Part shown: piece by piece, positions 47,430 to 60,490 of the stretch
Position numbering within the stretch: position 1 is the stretch's first letter
How the letters are laid out: every line of letters begins with the position of its first letter
DNA from: Squalus acanthias
Taxonomy: Eukaryota
Assembly (NCBI GenBank): GCA_030390025.1
Contig: CM059433.1
Location: 20,648,001 to 20,712,000 of the forward strand
DNA length: 64,000 nt
Reading direction: 5' to 3'
The notes under the pieces: generated by a model
Databases searched by the model: none
What the model saw: only the letters and a program-made list of their open reading frames with translations
Told to the model about the DNA's origin: nothing
Made by a program: the position numbers and the translations under genes

Positions 47430-50142
47430 TAGGAGGGACCGATCAATGTGATAGAATAGAATGGATGAATTGCATGATTACTGTAATAAGGGAACATCTT
47501 TAATTATGGGGGATTTTAACTATCATATTAATTGGACAAATCAAATTGGGCAGGGCTGCCTTGAAGATGAGTTCATTGAGTGTATTAGGGATGGGTTTCT
47601 TGAGCAGTATGTAACTGAACCGACCAGGGGGCAAGCAACCTTAGATCTGGTCCTGTGTAACGAGACAGGATTAATTAAAAATGTCTTAGTAAAGGATCCC
47701 CTTGGAATGAGTGACCATAACATGGTTGAATTCCATATTCAATTAGAGGGTGAGAAGGTTGGATCTCAAACAAGCGTGCTAAGCTTGAATAAAGGAGACT
47801 ATGAAGGTGTGCGAGCAGAATTGAGTAGAGTGGATTGGGAAAATAGATTAAAGGGTAAGACGATACATGATCAGTGGTGTACATTTAAGGAGTTATTTTA
47901 CAACTTCCAAAAAATATATATTCCACTGAGAAGAAAAGGGTGTAAAAGAAAAGACAGTCATCCGTGGCTAAGTAAATAAATTAAGGATAATATTCGACTA
48001 AAAACAAGGGCTTATAAGGTAGCAAAATCTAGTGGGAGGATAGAGGATTGGGAAAACTTTAAAAGACAGCAAAAAATAACAAAAAGATTGATTAAGAAAG
48101 GGAAGATAGATTATGAAAGTAAATTAGCAAAAAATATAAAAACAGATAGTAAGAGTTTTTATAGTTATATAAAAAGGAAAAGGGTGGCTAAAGTAAATGT
48201 TGGTCCCTTAGAGGATGAGACCGGGAAATTAATGGTGGGAAATATGGAGATGGCAAATACACTGAATGAATATTTTGTATCAGTCTTTACAGTAGAGGAC
48301 ACTAAGAATATCCCAACACTGGACAAACAGGGGGCTATAGGGGGGGAGGAGCTAAACACGATCAAAATCACTAAGGAAGTGGTACTCAGGTAAAATAATG
48401 GGACTCAAGGCGGATAAATCACCTGGACCTGATGGCTTACATCCTAGGGTCTTGAGGGAAGTGGCAGTAGGGATTGTGGATGCATTGGTAATAATTTTCC
48501 AAAACTCCCTGGACTCAGCAAAGATCCCGGCAGACTGGAAAACTGCTAATGTAACACCCTTATTTAAAAAGGGCAGTAGACAGAAGGCTGGAAACTATAG
48601 ACTGGTTAGCCTAACATCTGTGGTAGGTAAAATTTTGGAGTCCATTATTAAGGAGACAGTAACAGGACATTTGGATAATCATAATTTAATAGGACAAAGT
48701 CAGCATGGTTTTATGAAGGGGAAGTCATGTTTGACAAATTTGCTGGAGTTCTTTGAGGAAGTAACACACAGGGTGGATAAAGGGGAACCAGTGGATGTGG
48801 TGTATTTAGACTTCCAAAAGGCATTTGACAAGGTGCCACACAAAAGATTATTGCTTAAGATAAAAAATCACGGGATTGGGGGTAATATTCTGGCATGGAT
48901 AGAGGATTGGCTATCTAACAGAAGGCAGAGAGTTGGGATAAATGGTTCATTCTCAGACTGGCAATCAGTAACTAGTGGTGTTCCGCAGGGGTCAGTGCTG
49001 GGTCCCCAACTCTTTACAATCTATATTAACGATTTGGAGGAGGGGACCGAGTGTAACATATCAAAGTTTGCAGATGATACTAAGATGGGAGGGAAAGTAG
49101 TGAGTGAGGAGGACATAAAAAATCTGCAAGGGGACATAGACAGGCTAAGTAAGTGGGCAGAGATTTGGCAGATGGAATACAATACTGGAAAATGTGAAGT
49201 TATGCACTTTGGCAGGAAAAATAGTAGAGCAAGTTATTATCTAAATGGCAAGAAACTGGAAAGTACTGAAGTACAAAGGGATCTGGGGGTCATGGTGCAC
49301 GAAACTCAAAAGGTTAGTATGCAGGTGCAGCAAGTGATTAAGAAGGCCAATGGAATGTTGGCTTTCATTGCTAAGGGGATAGAATATAAAAATAGGGAGG
49401 TATTGCTTCAGTTGTACAAGGTATTGGTGAGACCGCACCTGGAATACTGCGTACAGTTTTGGTGTCCATACTTAAGAAAAGACATACTTGCTCTCGAGTC
49501 AGTACAAAGAAGGTTCACTCGGTTAATCCCGGGGATGAGGGGATGGACATATGAGGAGAGGTTGGGTAGATTGGGACTCTACTCATTGGAGTTCAGAAGA
49601 ATGAGAGGCGATCTTATTGAAACATATAAGATTGTGAAGGGGTTGGATCGGGTGGATGCGGGGAGGATGTTCCCGATGATGGGTGAATCTAGAACTAGGG
49701 GGCATAGTCTTAGAATAAGGGGCTGCTCTTTCAAAACTGAGATGAGAAGGACCTGTTTCACTCAGAGGGTGGTAGGTCCATGGAATATGCTGCCCCAAAA
49801 AGCTGTAGAAGCTACATCATTACATAAATTTAAAACAGAAATAGACAGTTTCCTAGAAGTAAAGGGAATTAAGGGTTACGGGGAGCGGGCAGGAATTTGG
49901 ACATGAGTCTAGGTTCGGATCGGTCATGGCCCTGTGGGTAGCGTAGCGGGCCCAGGGGCCGTGTAGCCTGATCCTGCTCCTATTTCGTGTGTCCAATTCT
50001 GTTAGGTTCAGGAGATGGTTCTGTGATAGTAGATTGGCGGTTAGGATCAGATCAGCCATGATCTTATTGAATGGCGGAGCAGGCTCGAGGGGCCAATTGG
50101 CCTACTCCTGCTCCTATTTCTTATGTTCTTATGTTCTTATGT
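47430..50142 (+). mobile_element. Young 5'-truncated CR1 LINE family B (HER1-like)
   Basis: APE part (IMGDFN, LDLV, SDHNMV) at 47461-47979, linker at 48088-48393, RT ORF, and (ttcttatg)n tail. Confidence 0.95.
48398..49906 (+). CDS. CR1 ORF2 reverse-transcriptase portion (502-aa open stretch of a disrupted ORF2)
   Basis: KSPGPDG, YLDFQKAFDKVPH, GVPQGSVLGP, KFADDTK, LVRPHLEYC. A stop at ~47977 and a frameshift at ~48393 lie upstream. Confidence 0.85.
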   Translation: MGLKADKSPGPDGLHPRVLREVAVGIVDALVIIFQNSLDSAKIPADWKTANVTPLFKKGSRQKAGNYRLVSLTSVVGKILESIIKETVTGHLDNHNLIGQSQHGFMKGKSCLTNLLEFFEEVTHRVDKGEPVDVVYLDFQKAFDKVPHKRLLLKIKNHGIGGNILAWIEDWLSNRRQRVGINGSFSDWQSVTSGVPQGSVLGPQLFTIYINDLEEGTECNISKFADDTKMGGKVVSEEDIKNLQGDIDRLSKWAEIWQMEYNTGKCEVMHFGRKNSRASYYLNGKKLESTEVQRDLGVMVHETQKVSMQVQQVIKKANGMLAFIAKGIEYKNREVLLQLYKVLVRPHLEYCVQFWCPYLRKDILALESVQRRFTRLIPGMRGWTYEERLGRLGLYSLEFRRMRGDLIETYKIVKGLDRVDAGRMFPMMGESRTRGHSLRIRGCSFKTEMRRTCFTQRVVGPWNMLPQKAVEATSLHKFKTEIDSFLEVKGIKGYGERAGIWT

Positions 50143-51119
50143 ACTGGGTCACGTGCACTGATGTGTAAGACCAGACGAATAACAAGGTGGTTGGATTTAT
50201 CTTGAACAATGATTTTGATCAAGCTCTCTTGTAAATTTTCGGACAAGCAAAACAAACCTGGGCCATAGTTCCTGGCTCCCACCTGCTTCATTACAGCTGA
50301 GATGCTGGCCAGATAATGTGAGCTGACTTCCCCGATTCACAGGAAACTACATAAGCTAACGATGAATAATGTTTGAAAAAGTAGAATCTCATACGCAAGC
50401 TACAGATGGGACGTCGTGCCAGGACAGCCCTGGTTATTTGAAGTTGCATAAATTATACATTTATCACTAAATAGTTAAAACAACAATCTTTTCAGTCTCA
50501 TGACTGTAGTGGGTGATCTGCCGTACTTCCTTAGTGGCCGATCTTTCCTACGACTTGCTGGGTCCACATCATTGGCAGTAAGTTACTTGTGGAAAGAAAC
50601 AATCCATTCTTGTTCAGTTCCTTCATCACCTGGAATTCTTTGAATGTACCAGAAAGTCTTCATAGAGTGCCCAATTCTCCAATGCCGAGGAACAGTGTTT
50701 GGGCTCAACACCATTGCTGTGCAATGCTCCATATTGCATAATTCTGATTGGTAGTTGGTTGGATGACTTGCAGAGGAAATTGTAGGAACCTGCTTCACTG
50801 AAAGTCAGCTATCATATTTACTCTGTTATTTGTATTGGAAGATTATGGAACCAAATTTCCTGGCCCCCCCACCTTGCCCAGGTATCTGACAGGCAAAGTG
50901 CACCCAAATACCGTGGGCTGCATCATTACCATGGCTCGGTTGGACCACCAGTACCGGCCTACCCCGGCAGGGCATTGCGCTGATCGGGTTGGAAACAAAG
51001 GCACAGCTGCAGGCCGGGTCACCTGTCTCGGGACTTTCAGACTGATGTGGGAAAGCAGGAGCCAGAGAGGCCTGTAGGCCCGAAGATCCTGCAGGAAATT
51101 GACCAAAACAGATAGAATG

Positions 51120-51363
51120 AATCTTCAGCTGCCTAGGCCGTAAGCTCCGGAATTCCTTCCCTAAACCTCTCTGCCTCTCCACCTCCCTTTCCTCCTTTAA
51201 GACACTCCTTAAAAACCTATCTATTTGACCAAGCTTTTGGTCACCTGTCCTAATATCCTCTTATGTTCTTTCATGTTAAATTTTATCTTATAACGCTCCT
51301 GTAAATCGCTTTGGGATGCTTTACTATGTTAAGGGCACTATATAAATGCAAGTTGTTGTTGTT
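51120..51363 (+). mobile_element. L2-like 3' tail fragment
   Basis: ttcagctgcctaggccg…tttgaccaagcttttggtcacc…ctatataaatgcaagttgttgttg. Confidence 0.65.
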
Positions 51364-51831
51364 GAATAGAAGAGCTCGTTTGAGAATGAATAAAAACGCT
51401 AGTTTGAAACTTTTCTTCTATTTGGTACTCTTGTTTTGTTGGCTGAAGGCACAGTTCATGTGGCATAAGATGGACACCAGACTGAGCATAGCTTTTGTTT
51501 GTTGGAGGCCTCTTCTCATCCTTGTTTTCATAGTTGTTTTTAGTCACTGGCTTAAATTTCGGCAGTTGCAGAGCCAGTTGTATTGCACTCAAAGGGACAA
51601 ATGAAAATGGTTCAGTCCCCCTGTTGCAGTTGTCCAGCTGTGCTCCCTCCCTTCCCCCAGCAGTGCAGGTGATATCATTGCAGATGGGACATGTCAGAGT
51701 AAAACAGAGTAGTTTGTGGCTTTGCATGCCCCAACAGAATATCTTCATCTTTGTTTCAAGTGCAAAAACAAATGCTTGTATGTTGAAGATACAGTAACAA
51801 AAAGATGATCTCACCTGTGTGTGAACACATT

Positions 51832-52593
51832 GGCCCAGAATTTGCGGTGGGTAATAATAGTGAACGAACAGCGTTGGCTGCTATTTCCCCTTTGAAACTG
51901 ACCACAACTTCGGGATTCAGCGCATGGACATCCTCACGTGGAAAGCCTGAAGTTGCGGTCAGTCATTCACTGCTCCGACACTGGCTGTGCTGTGCAACCA
52001 CCCCCTCCCCCCGAGTAGCTGGCAATCAGTGTAATCAGGGAAATCAGTGAAACTGACGAAAACTTGGACTTTTCCGCACTAACATCGTTGTTAAATACCC
52101 CATTAAAAGTTAGACCTCGTTGCAATTAACAGCATATTGACTACCAAACAAACGTTATGGCCCTGAAAAACTACTTTTAATATTGTGGAGTGTCAAATTT
52201 ATCCATTTTAAATGTTTTAAGAAACTTTAAAAATGTTTAAAAAAAATTTTTTAAAGTTTGTTCATCTTTATTTCAGGTTTACATTTTCCCCATATGAGAG
52301 CCCCAATTTTTGTTTTGTTCTCTATGACATTTTTTAAAAGTTAGAATAAAAGGAGCTTCTTCACTTCCTGGTTCCCGGTCTGTGAGAATTCTGCATTGTG
52401 ATTGGCTGCTTCGACAGCTTGTTGACATCACAGCAGCTCGCGTTAGGGATTCACCATTAACTTACACCGATCTCAACTGAACGTCGGAAAAGCCGAACTT
52501 CTCGCCAGAGAGCTGGCGAGATCTTTGTGGGAAGCTTAGTTCCAGGCCAGCGGCGAACGCCTTTGCTTTGCCGCTGACCGCAAATTATGGGCC
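51832..52593. mobile_element. Harbinger-type MITE, 762 bp
   Basis: TIRs GGCCCAGAATTTGCGGT and GGCCCATAATTTGCGGT (16/17). ATT TSD at 51829-51831 and 52594-52596. Confidence 0.88.
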
Positions 52594-53149
52594 ATTTATT
52601 CTCTAAATTGACAAGCAAACTTACTCAGTTTCTCACTTGCTTACAACTTGCCATCTTTCAACCTGTACACTCCAGGCTATTTATTTTCAAGTGAATAATA
52701 GATTTTGATTAGCAGCTTTTTCAAGATTGTAATAATTAGTTTCAGGGAGATGTTAGAAATTACACAATCTGTCATTGTTTCAAATCTCCAAGCTGCATGA
52801 CATATGGCGGCTTTGCAGAGCAAGTTGCTGTCGTGCTCATTTCTTTTAAACCCTTGTGTACTATTATGTTTTAAGTCTCTGATAATGCAACTAATATTTC
52901 AGGAGTTATTTTGAATGGTAACTCAAATCAATTCTGAACTCCCTTTCTGTTTTATTTTGTAAATCTTTTCAGTCTGTATTTGCTTAAATAAAGAAATATT
53001 TGGGTATTTGAGGGGACTGGCTGTGTTCACTCTAGCAGTAGAGAGTTGTATTCTTGCCCAAATGGCTTTTAGTTTGAATTGTAACCATCCCTGGATATGT
53101 TGCACCAGCTCATGATTGGTACAGCAGATAGACCAGGTCAGAGTTTTAG

Positions 53150-53400
53150 ATAGGAACAGGAGTAGACCAGTCAGCCCCTCAAACCTGTTCCGCCATTCAA
53201 TGAGATCATGGCTGATCTGTATCCTAACTCCGCCTTGGCTCCATATCCCTCAATAGTCTTGGCCAGCAAAAAAACCTGTCGATCTCAGATTTAAAATTAT
53301 TAATTAAGCTAGCATCTACTGCTTTTTGTGGGAGAAAGCTCCGCAGTTCTACCACCCTTTGCATGAAGAAGGGTTCCTAACTTCTCTCCTGAATGGACTG
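53150..53400 (-). mobile_element. CR1 3' end fragment
   Basis: ccgccattcaatgagatcatggctgatctg is the reverse complement of the CR1 3' terminal motif at ~50050-50080. Confidence 0.7.
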
Positions 53401-55139
53401 GCTCTATCTTGATGGAGGGCAGGAAAACAAATCAAACACCAGTCTTACAATATTACCCACATGATGGGAATTGTCATCTTTTGTTATCTGTCATTCAGAT
53501 GAGACGTTAAACTGAAGCCCCATCTGCCCTCTCAAGTAGACTTAAAAAATCCCGTGGCACTATTTGAAGAAGAGCAGGGGAGTGACCTGGCCAATATTTA
53601 TCCCTGAACCAACATCACTGATTATCTGATCATTATCTTATTGTTGTTTGTGGGAGCTTGCTGTGTGCAAATTGGCTGCCACGTTTCCTACATTACAACA
53701 TTGACTATATTTCAGAAAGTACTTTATTGGCTGTGATGCACTTTGGGACATCCTGAGGTCATGAAAGTCTCTATATAAATGCAAGTTCTATCTATCTATC
53801 TATCTATCTATTTGCAGACCACCATTGACTTAATCAAAAAGGAGTATGGAACTGGAATCTCCTGTCCTCATTGTTGTTTAAGGAATCTTTCCAGTTGCAG
53901 GAAAGATTGGGTGGATCTAAGAGGCTAAACTGTTGAGACAGATGTGTGCAAGGAAAGGCTGTTGCTCTATTGGGGTATTTGGGGAGGATTAATCCTGGAA
54001 CAGCTAGGAAGAGACTCGTGCCTTGTTGGCCACTGGGTAACTTTCACTTCAGCAAAATCTAAATTTACACCAGAACATATGTGTGTAATTGAGCTTTAGA
54101 ATGATCACATACTCTGTGGAGCACAAAGGTTCCCAAAATTCTGATAAAAGGTCTACGCCTCATGACATTATCATGCTTTTTATCCTTGTCATGATTTAAA
54201 CCCAGATCCAAGAAATGAAAGGACAATGTACTTAGCCTATTGTGCTACCCAGTCCCCACAGTGTTGTTTGGTCAATATCAAATACTATTTAAAATGGCCC
54301 AGATAGTGTCTGCAGAAGGTATTTAAAAAATGTGAAGTTAATAGGATCGGTGATGGAATATCATTGAACAGACAATTACAACAGATCAAAGAGGTTGTTG
54401 TGCCCATTCTACATAAAGAGATGAAGGATCCTTTACCAGATTTAATGACAGATGGCTTTGCAACTGTATTGAACAATCAAACAGAAAAGTATAAGATATA
54501 TATGTTTGTCCTGGTGTTTGTTTTTGAACAGGCAGGGGACGTGGAATGGATTGTAGATAGATGTGTCAATTATTGTGAAGAATTTTACTCGTCGTAAGGC
54601 TTTATTGTTGATATAAATCAGAGAACGCAAGCTGTTCCAGGAAAAGAGGAATCCTCAAAAGTTTATGGTCTGTTTATTACTTATTGAAAATATTTTATCA
54701 GGCTCCACGGCTCCCCAAATTATTTGACGCCTGTAACCTTTGTGTTTTGACTATTCCTTGTAATCAATCCCTGTGGTGGTGTCTGTAAAAGGCATTATTG
54801 TCTGAATGCAGATATGGTTATTCCGCAAGTAACTTATAAAATCCAAACCAAAACAATGTACTACTTAAAAAGTAATGTTCTCTTTGTTTCCTTGGTAATG
54901 CTTAATGTAATGATAAGAAATTTATAGTGGACCCCATTTATGCTCCTATCTTGTCTTGGTCAAAGGTCGCAACATTTGGTCAACCTTGGACAATGGTTAC
55001 CAGAGATGAGGAGTTACAGTTATGGAAAAAGACTTGAAAAGTTAGGGCCTTTAATACCATAATTGCATAAGTTAAGGGATGACCTGACAGAGATCATCAA
55101 AATTATGAAGGGTTACGTTAGGGTAAACAGCAATACATT

Positions 55140-55883
55140 GGGCCAAAAATTCATCCCGCGACGCGAGAGTACGCACTGCGTACTCTCACGTATTCTCTCT
55201 CCAATTGCCGGTTTTCTGCATGCCCTGCGCATGCGCTGAAAACCGGCACTTGGTCTTTTGAAAAGGGGGCGGTTCCTCGGTGCATCGCGTGCGCGCTACA
55301 GGCTGCGCGCACACTGTGCACTTCATGCTTTGGACGCGCAGGTAAGTACGGAAGATTTTAGAAATGGAAAAAGGAGGAGTAAGACCCACTTTTAACAAGG
55401 TAAGTAGTGAATTAAGTATTTTTTTGAATTTTTTTTAACAGGTATATCTTTTTTAGAGACTTTAAAGACAGGTAAGTTTATTTTTATAACTTTTTAAAAG
55501 ATTTTAAATTTTTTCAAAAATTTAATTTTTTATTTAAAATGGTTAATTTATTTAACTATACTTATTTTATTAATGTGATGGTTTTTAAAAAAAATTTAAT
55601 TGAGGTTTAGCTGTTATTTTGGGGGGGTGTAAGATTCATAGATTTCACAGCACGTATGTGAAACTTATGAATGGAAGATGGTGTGCTGCCATTGGCTCTA
55701 ACTGAGTCACGTGATCCCACAGCTCGCACAAATTCACTACGCCGGTGGGATACGCAAGCACTGCCCAGCTGATGTCTCGAACATCAAGTTCGTGCGAGCT
55801 GGATCTGAAAAAGCACAAGCGGAGTGAGAGATCGCGGGGAAGCCTTACCCCCGCGGGAACAGAGCGAGATCAATTTCTGGGCC
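55140..55883. mobile_element. Harbinger-type MITE, 744 bp, inside an old CR1 fragment (~54990-56060)
   Basis: TIRs GGGCCAAAAATTCATC and GGCCCAGAAATTGATC, flanks ATT/AAT. Confidence 0.75.
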
Positions 55884-56181
55884 AATGTCAGTGAGACAAG
55901 AATGAGAGGGCCAAAATTCAAGATAATCACAAAAAAGGATTAAAGGGGAGGTGACAAAACATTTCTTTACATGGAGGATGTTTAGAATAATGGAATTATC
56001 TGCCACAAACCATTGTTGAGCAGAACTTCTCTTAAAAGGCAATTAGATTGTTGCTTGAAAATGAAGAATTTTCTCTGTTGAAAGGACACTCAAAAATAAA
56101 TGCATACTTTTCCGAGCATCATTGTTTATGGCAATTTGCGGAAATGTTGATTACTGTCCATTATTACATACAGTATACACA

Positions 56182-59100
56182 TTTTTTTATTCGTTCCGGT
56201 ATGTGGGTGTCGCTGGCAAGGCCGGCATTTATTGCCCATCCCTAATTGCCCTTGAGAAGGTGGTGGCTGAGCCGCCTTCTTGAACCGCTGCAGTCCTTGT
56301 GGCGAAGGTACTCCCACAGTGCTGTTAGGGAGGGAGTTCCAGGATTTTGTCCCAGCGATGATGAAGGATCGGCAATATATTTCCAAGTCAGGATGATGTG
56401 TAACTTGGAGGGGAACTTGCAGGTGATGGGGTTCCCATGTGCCTGCTGCCCTTGTCCTTCTAGGTAGAAGAGGTCGCGGGTTTGGGAGGTGCTACCGAAG
56501 AGGCCTTGGCGAGTTGCTGCAGTGCATCTTGTAGATGGTACACACTGCAGCCACGGTGCGCCGGTGGTGCAGGGAGTGAATGTTTAAGGTGGTGAATGGG
56601 ATGCCAATCAAGCGGGCTGCTTTGTCCTGGATGGTGTCAAGCTTCTTGAGTGTTGTTGGAGCTGCACTCATCCAGGCAAGTGGAGAGTATTCCATCACAC
56701 TCCTGACTTGTGCCTTGTAGATAGTGGAAAGGCTTTGGGGAGTCAGGAGGTGAGACACTCACCGCAGAATACTTAGCCTCTGACTCGCTCTTGTTGCCAC
56801 AATATTTATGTGGCTGGTCCAGTTAAGTTTCTGGGCAATAATGACCCCCAGGATGTGGGGGATTTGGCGATGGTAATGCCGTTGAATGTCAAGGGGAGGT
56901 GGTTAGACTCCCGCTTGTTGGAGATAGTCATTGCCTGGCACTTGTGTGGTGCGAATGTTACTTGCCACTTATCAGCTCAAGCCTGAATGTCATCCAGGTC
57001 TTGCTGCATGCGGGCATGGACTGCTTCATTTTCTGAGGAGTTGCGAATGGCACTGAACACTCTGCAGTCATCAACGAACATCCCCACTTCTGACCTTATG
57101 ATGGAGGGAAGGTCATTGATGAAGCAGCTGAAGTTGGTTAGGCCTAGGACACTGCCCTGAGGAACTCCTGCAGCGATGTCCTGTGGCTGAGATGATTAAC
57201 CTCCAACAATCACGATCATCTTACTTGTGCTAGGTATGACTCCAGCCAGTGGAGAGTTTTTCCTCTGATTCCCTTTGGCTTCAATTTTACGAGGGCTCCT
57301 TGATGCCACACTCGGTCAAATGCTGCCTTGATGTCAAGGGCAGTCACTCTCACCTCACCTCTGGAATTCAGCCACTTTGTCCATGTTTGGACCAAGGCTG
57401 TAATGAGGTCTGGAGCTGAGTGGTCCTGCCGGAACCGAAACTAAGCATCGGTGAGCAAGTTATTGGTGAGTAAGTGCCGCTTGATAGCACTGCCAATGAT
57501 ACCTTCCATCACTTTGCTGATGATTGAGAGTAGACTTATGGGGCAGTAATTATCCGGATTGGATTTGTCCTGTTTTTTGTGGACAGGACATTCTTGGGCA
57601 GTTTTCTACATTGTAAGGCAGATGCCAGTGTTGTAGCTATACTGGAACAGCTTGACTAGAGGCACAGATAGTTCTGGAGCACAAGTCTTTAGCATGACAG
57701 CTGAGATGTTGTCGGGGCCCATAGCCTTTGTTGTATCTAGTATGCTCAGCCATTTCTTGATATCACATGGAGTGAATCAAATTGGCTGAAAACTGGCTTT
57801 TGTGATGGTGGGGACATCAGGAGCAGGCCGATATGGATCATCCACTCAGCACTTCTGGCTGAAGATGGTTGCAAATGCTTCAGCCTTGTCTTTTGCACTC
57901 ACGTGCTGGACTCTGCCATCATTGAGGATGGGGATATTCATGAAGCCTCCTCCTCCCGTTAGTTGTTTATTGGTCCACCACCATTCATGACTTGATGTGG
58001 CAGGACTGCAGAGCTTTGATCTGATCCGTTGATTATTGGATCGCTTAGCTCTGTCTATAGCATGCTGCTTCTACTGTTTAGCATGCATGTAGTCCTGTGT
58101 TGCAGCTTCCCCAGGTTGGCACCTCATTTTTAGGTACACCTGGTGCTGTTCCTGGCATGCTCTTCTGCACTCCTCATTGAACCAGGGTTGGTCCTCTGGC
58201 TTGATGGTAATGGTAGAGTGAGGGATATGCCGGGCCATGAGGTTACAGATTGTGGTGGAATACAATTCTGCTGCTGCTGATGGCCTACAGTGCCTCATGG
58301 ATGCCCAGTTTTGAACTGCTAGATATGTTCTGAATCTATCCTACTTAGCATGGTGTTAGTGCCACACAACACGATGGAGGGTGTCCTCAATGTGAAGTCA
58401 GGACTTCATCTCCACAAGCACTGTGTGGTGGTCACTGCTACCAATGCTGTCATGGACAGACGCATCTGCGACAGGTAGATTGGTGAGGACGAGGTCAAGT
58501 AAGTTTTTCCCTCATGTTGGTTCGTTCACCACCTGCCGCGGGCCAAGTCTGGCAGCTATATCCTTCAGGACTCAGCCAGCTGGGTCAGTAATGGTGCTAC
58601 CGAGCCACTCTTGGTGATGGACATTGAAGTCCCCCACCCAGAGTACATTCTATGCCCTTGCTACCCTCAGTGCTTCTATCTAAGTGGTGTTTAACATGGA
58701 GGAGTACTGATTCATCAGCTGAGGGAGGGCAGTAAGTGGTAAACAGCAGGAGGTTTCCTTGCCCATGTTTGACCTGAAGCCATGAGACTTAATGGGGTCC
58801 GGAGTCAATCTTGAGAACTCCCAGGGCCACCCACTCCCGACTGTATACCACTGTGCCGCCACCTCTGGTGGGTCTGTCCTGCCAGTGGGACAGGACATAC
58901 CTAAGGATTCTGTGAGTATGACTATGTCAGGCTTGACTAGTCTGTGGGACAGCCCTGCCAATTTTGGCACAAGTCCCCAGATGTTAGTGAGGAGGACTGG
59001 GCTGGGTGTGCTGTTGTCGTGTCCAAAATCAGTGCCTAGGTCGATGCCGGGTGGTCTGTCCGGTTTTATTCTTATTATTGTTTCTCATAGCAGTTTGTTG

Positions 59101-59408
59101 GACCATTTCAGAGGGCAGTTAAGAGTCAACCACATTGCTGTGGGTCTGGAGTCACATATATTCCAGACCAGGTGAGGATGACAGATTTCCTTCCCTAAAG
59201 GACATTAGCGAACCAGATGGGTTTTTATGACAATACTATAGTTTTCTGGTCACCATTATTGATACTAGCTTTTTATTCCAGATTTGTTTAATTAACTGAA
59301 TTTAAATTATCCAGTTGCCGTGGTGAAATTTGAAGTCATGTCTCCGGATCATTAGTCCAAGCCTCTGGATTACTAGTCCAGTAACATAACCACTAGGCTA
59401 CTGTTCCT
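56182..59408 (-). mobile_element. Second full-length copy of LINE family A with the tRNA-like head
   Basis: Colinear reverse complement of 38532-41783 from head (gaacagtagcctagtggttatg…) to tail (…gggatgggcaataaatgccggcc). Many stops. Confidence 0.9.
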
Positions 59409-60490
59409 GACAAAAATCAGAATTATTATCATCTTTAAATAGGTCAGCTTAAAAATCATGTGTAATGTATGATAAGGATACTTAATGCAAAGCCATTAAC
59501 CATAGATAATACACAAATACCACAGGCATGAACGAATAGTGTAGCTCTCGTTTATAAGTACAACAAATAGGTTGACCACAAGTGTAAGTATGGTTATATA
59601 AAAAGGCTTAAGTTTTGCTGTTAGATTTTATTTTAGTCTGGATGACTGTAAACAGAAAGAGTGCTTTATTGTCTTCACGTCCTTTACAGGCTTTGCCTTG
59701 TGTCATAAGCTCAAAATATTGCCAGCAGGAATTGAAGTTAGAAATTGTGGTCAGGTGCAGCCCGAGCAATCTTAATTCAGATTTCTGGTTCCCTGACTTT
59801 ATTGAACTCTGAATACAACACAAATTTGAATAAGTGTTCGACCAGCTGAGCTCCTGCATGTTAGTCATTAGAACTGGAAAACTCTTCCTGCTTTAATTCC
59901 TTCCTAAATAGTGATTTTTAATAGACACATATAGATAAATACTCAGTGCCAGCACTGAGACAATTTATTCAAATATTGGAACATTAACTGAGGCTGTTCT
60001 TGGGATTGAGAGGAGTTGGGAATTTGTCACAATTCCCATATCTGAATAGATTAAGCAAATTGAGAAATTTGAATAACTATTTATTTGGTGATCCATATCT
60101 GCACATGAGTGCTGTGAGCATAATTTCTTGCGCGGAGTTAAATAAATATGGGCTGTCTACTGACTTGCCTGCGACCAATTGTATTTGCCCTGGAAGACCA
60201 TTTTATGACTGGTCGTGCATATGATTTTAACTTTGTATTCAATTGGTCAATTTGTTAATGATAGAATATGGAAAGAGTTTCTGGTACAATCTGTACAATG
60301 TCTAGAGCAGGTGAACAAGCATTTAAGAGAGAAAGACAAGTTAAAATGATACTTGTGATCCTTCATCAGGACATTTTCTTTCAGATGCTGATTCACATCC
60401 TGGTACTTTTGCAGAATTTTCTGCTTGAGTTCCAGAGTTCCAGTGTTCTTGCTTTCTTTTCCCCACTTTAACCGATGCTCCGGAGTAATT

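Noticed and set aside
48398..49906. Active autonomous LINE or prokaryotic retron/RT system
   Set aside because: Ordinary CR1 ORF2 that is 5'-truncated, with a stop and a frameshift upstream of the RT.
50845..51107. Additional short MITE
   Set aside because: GC-rich with weak aatttcctg/caggaaatt inverted ends, but no convincing TIR termini or TSD.
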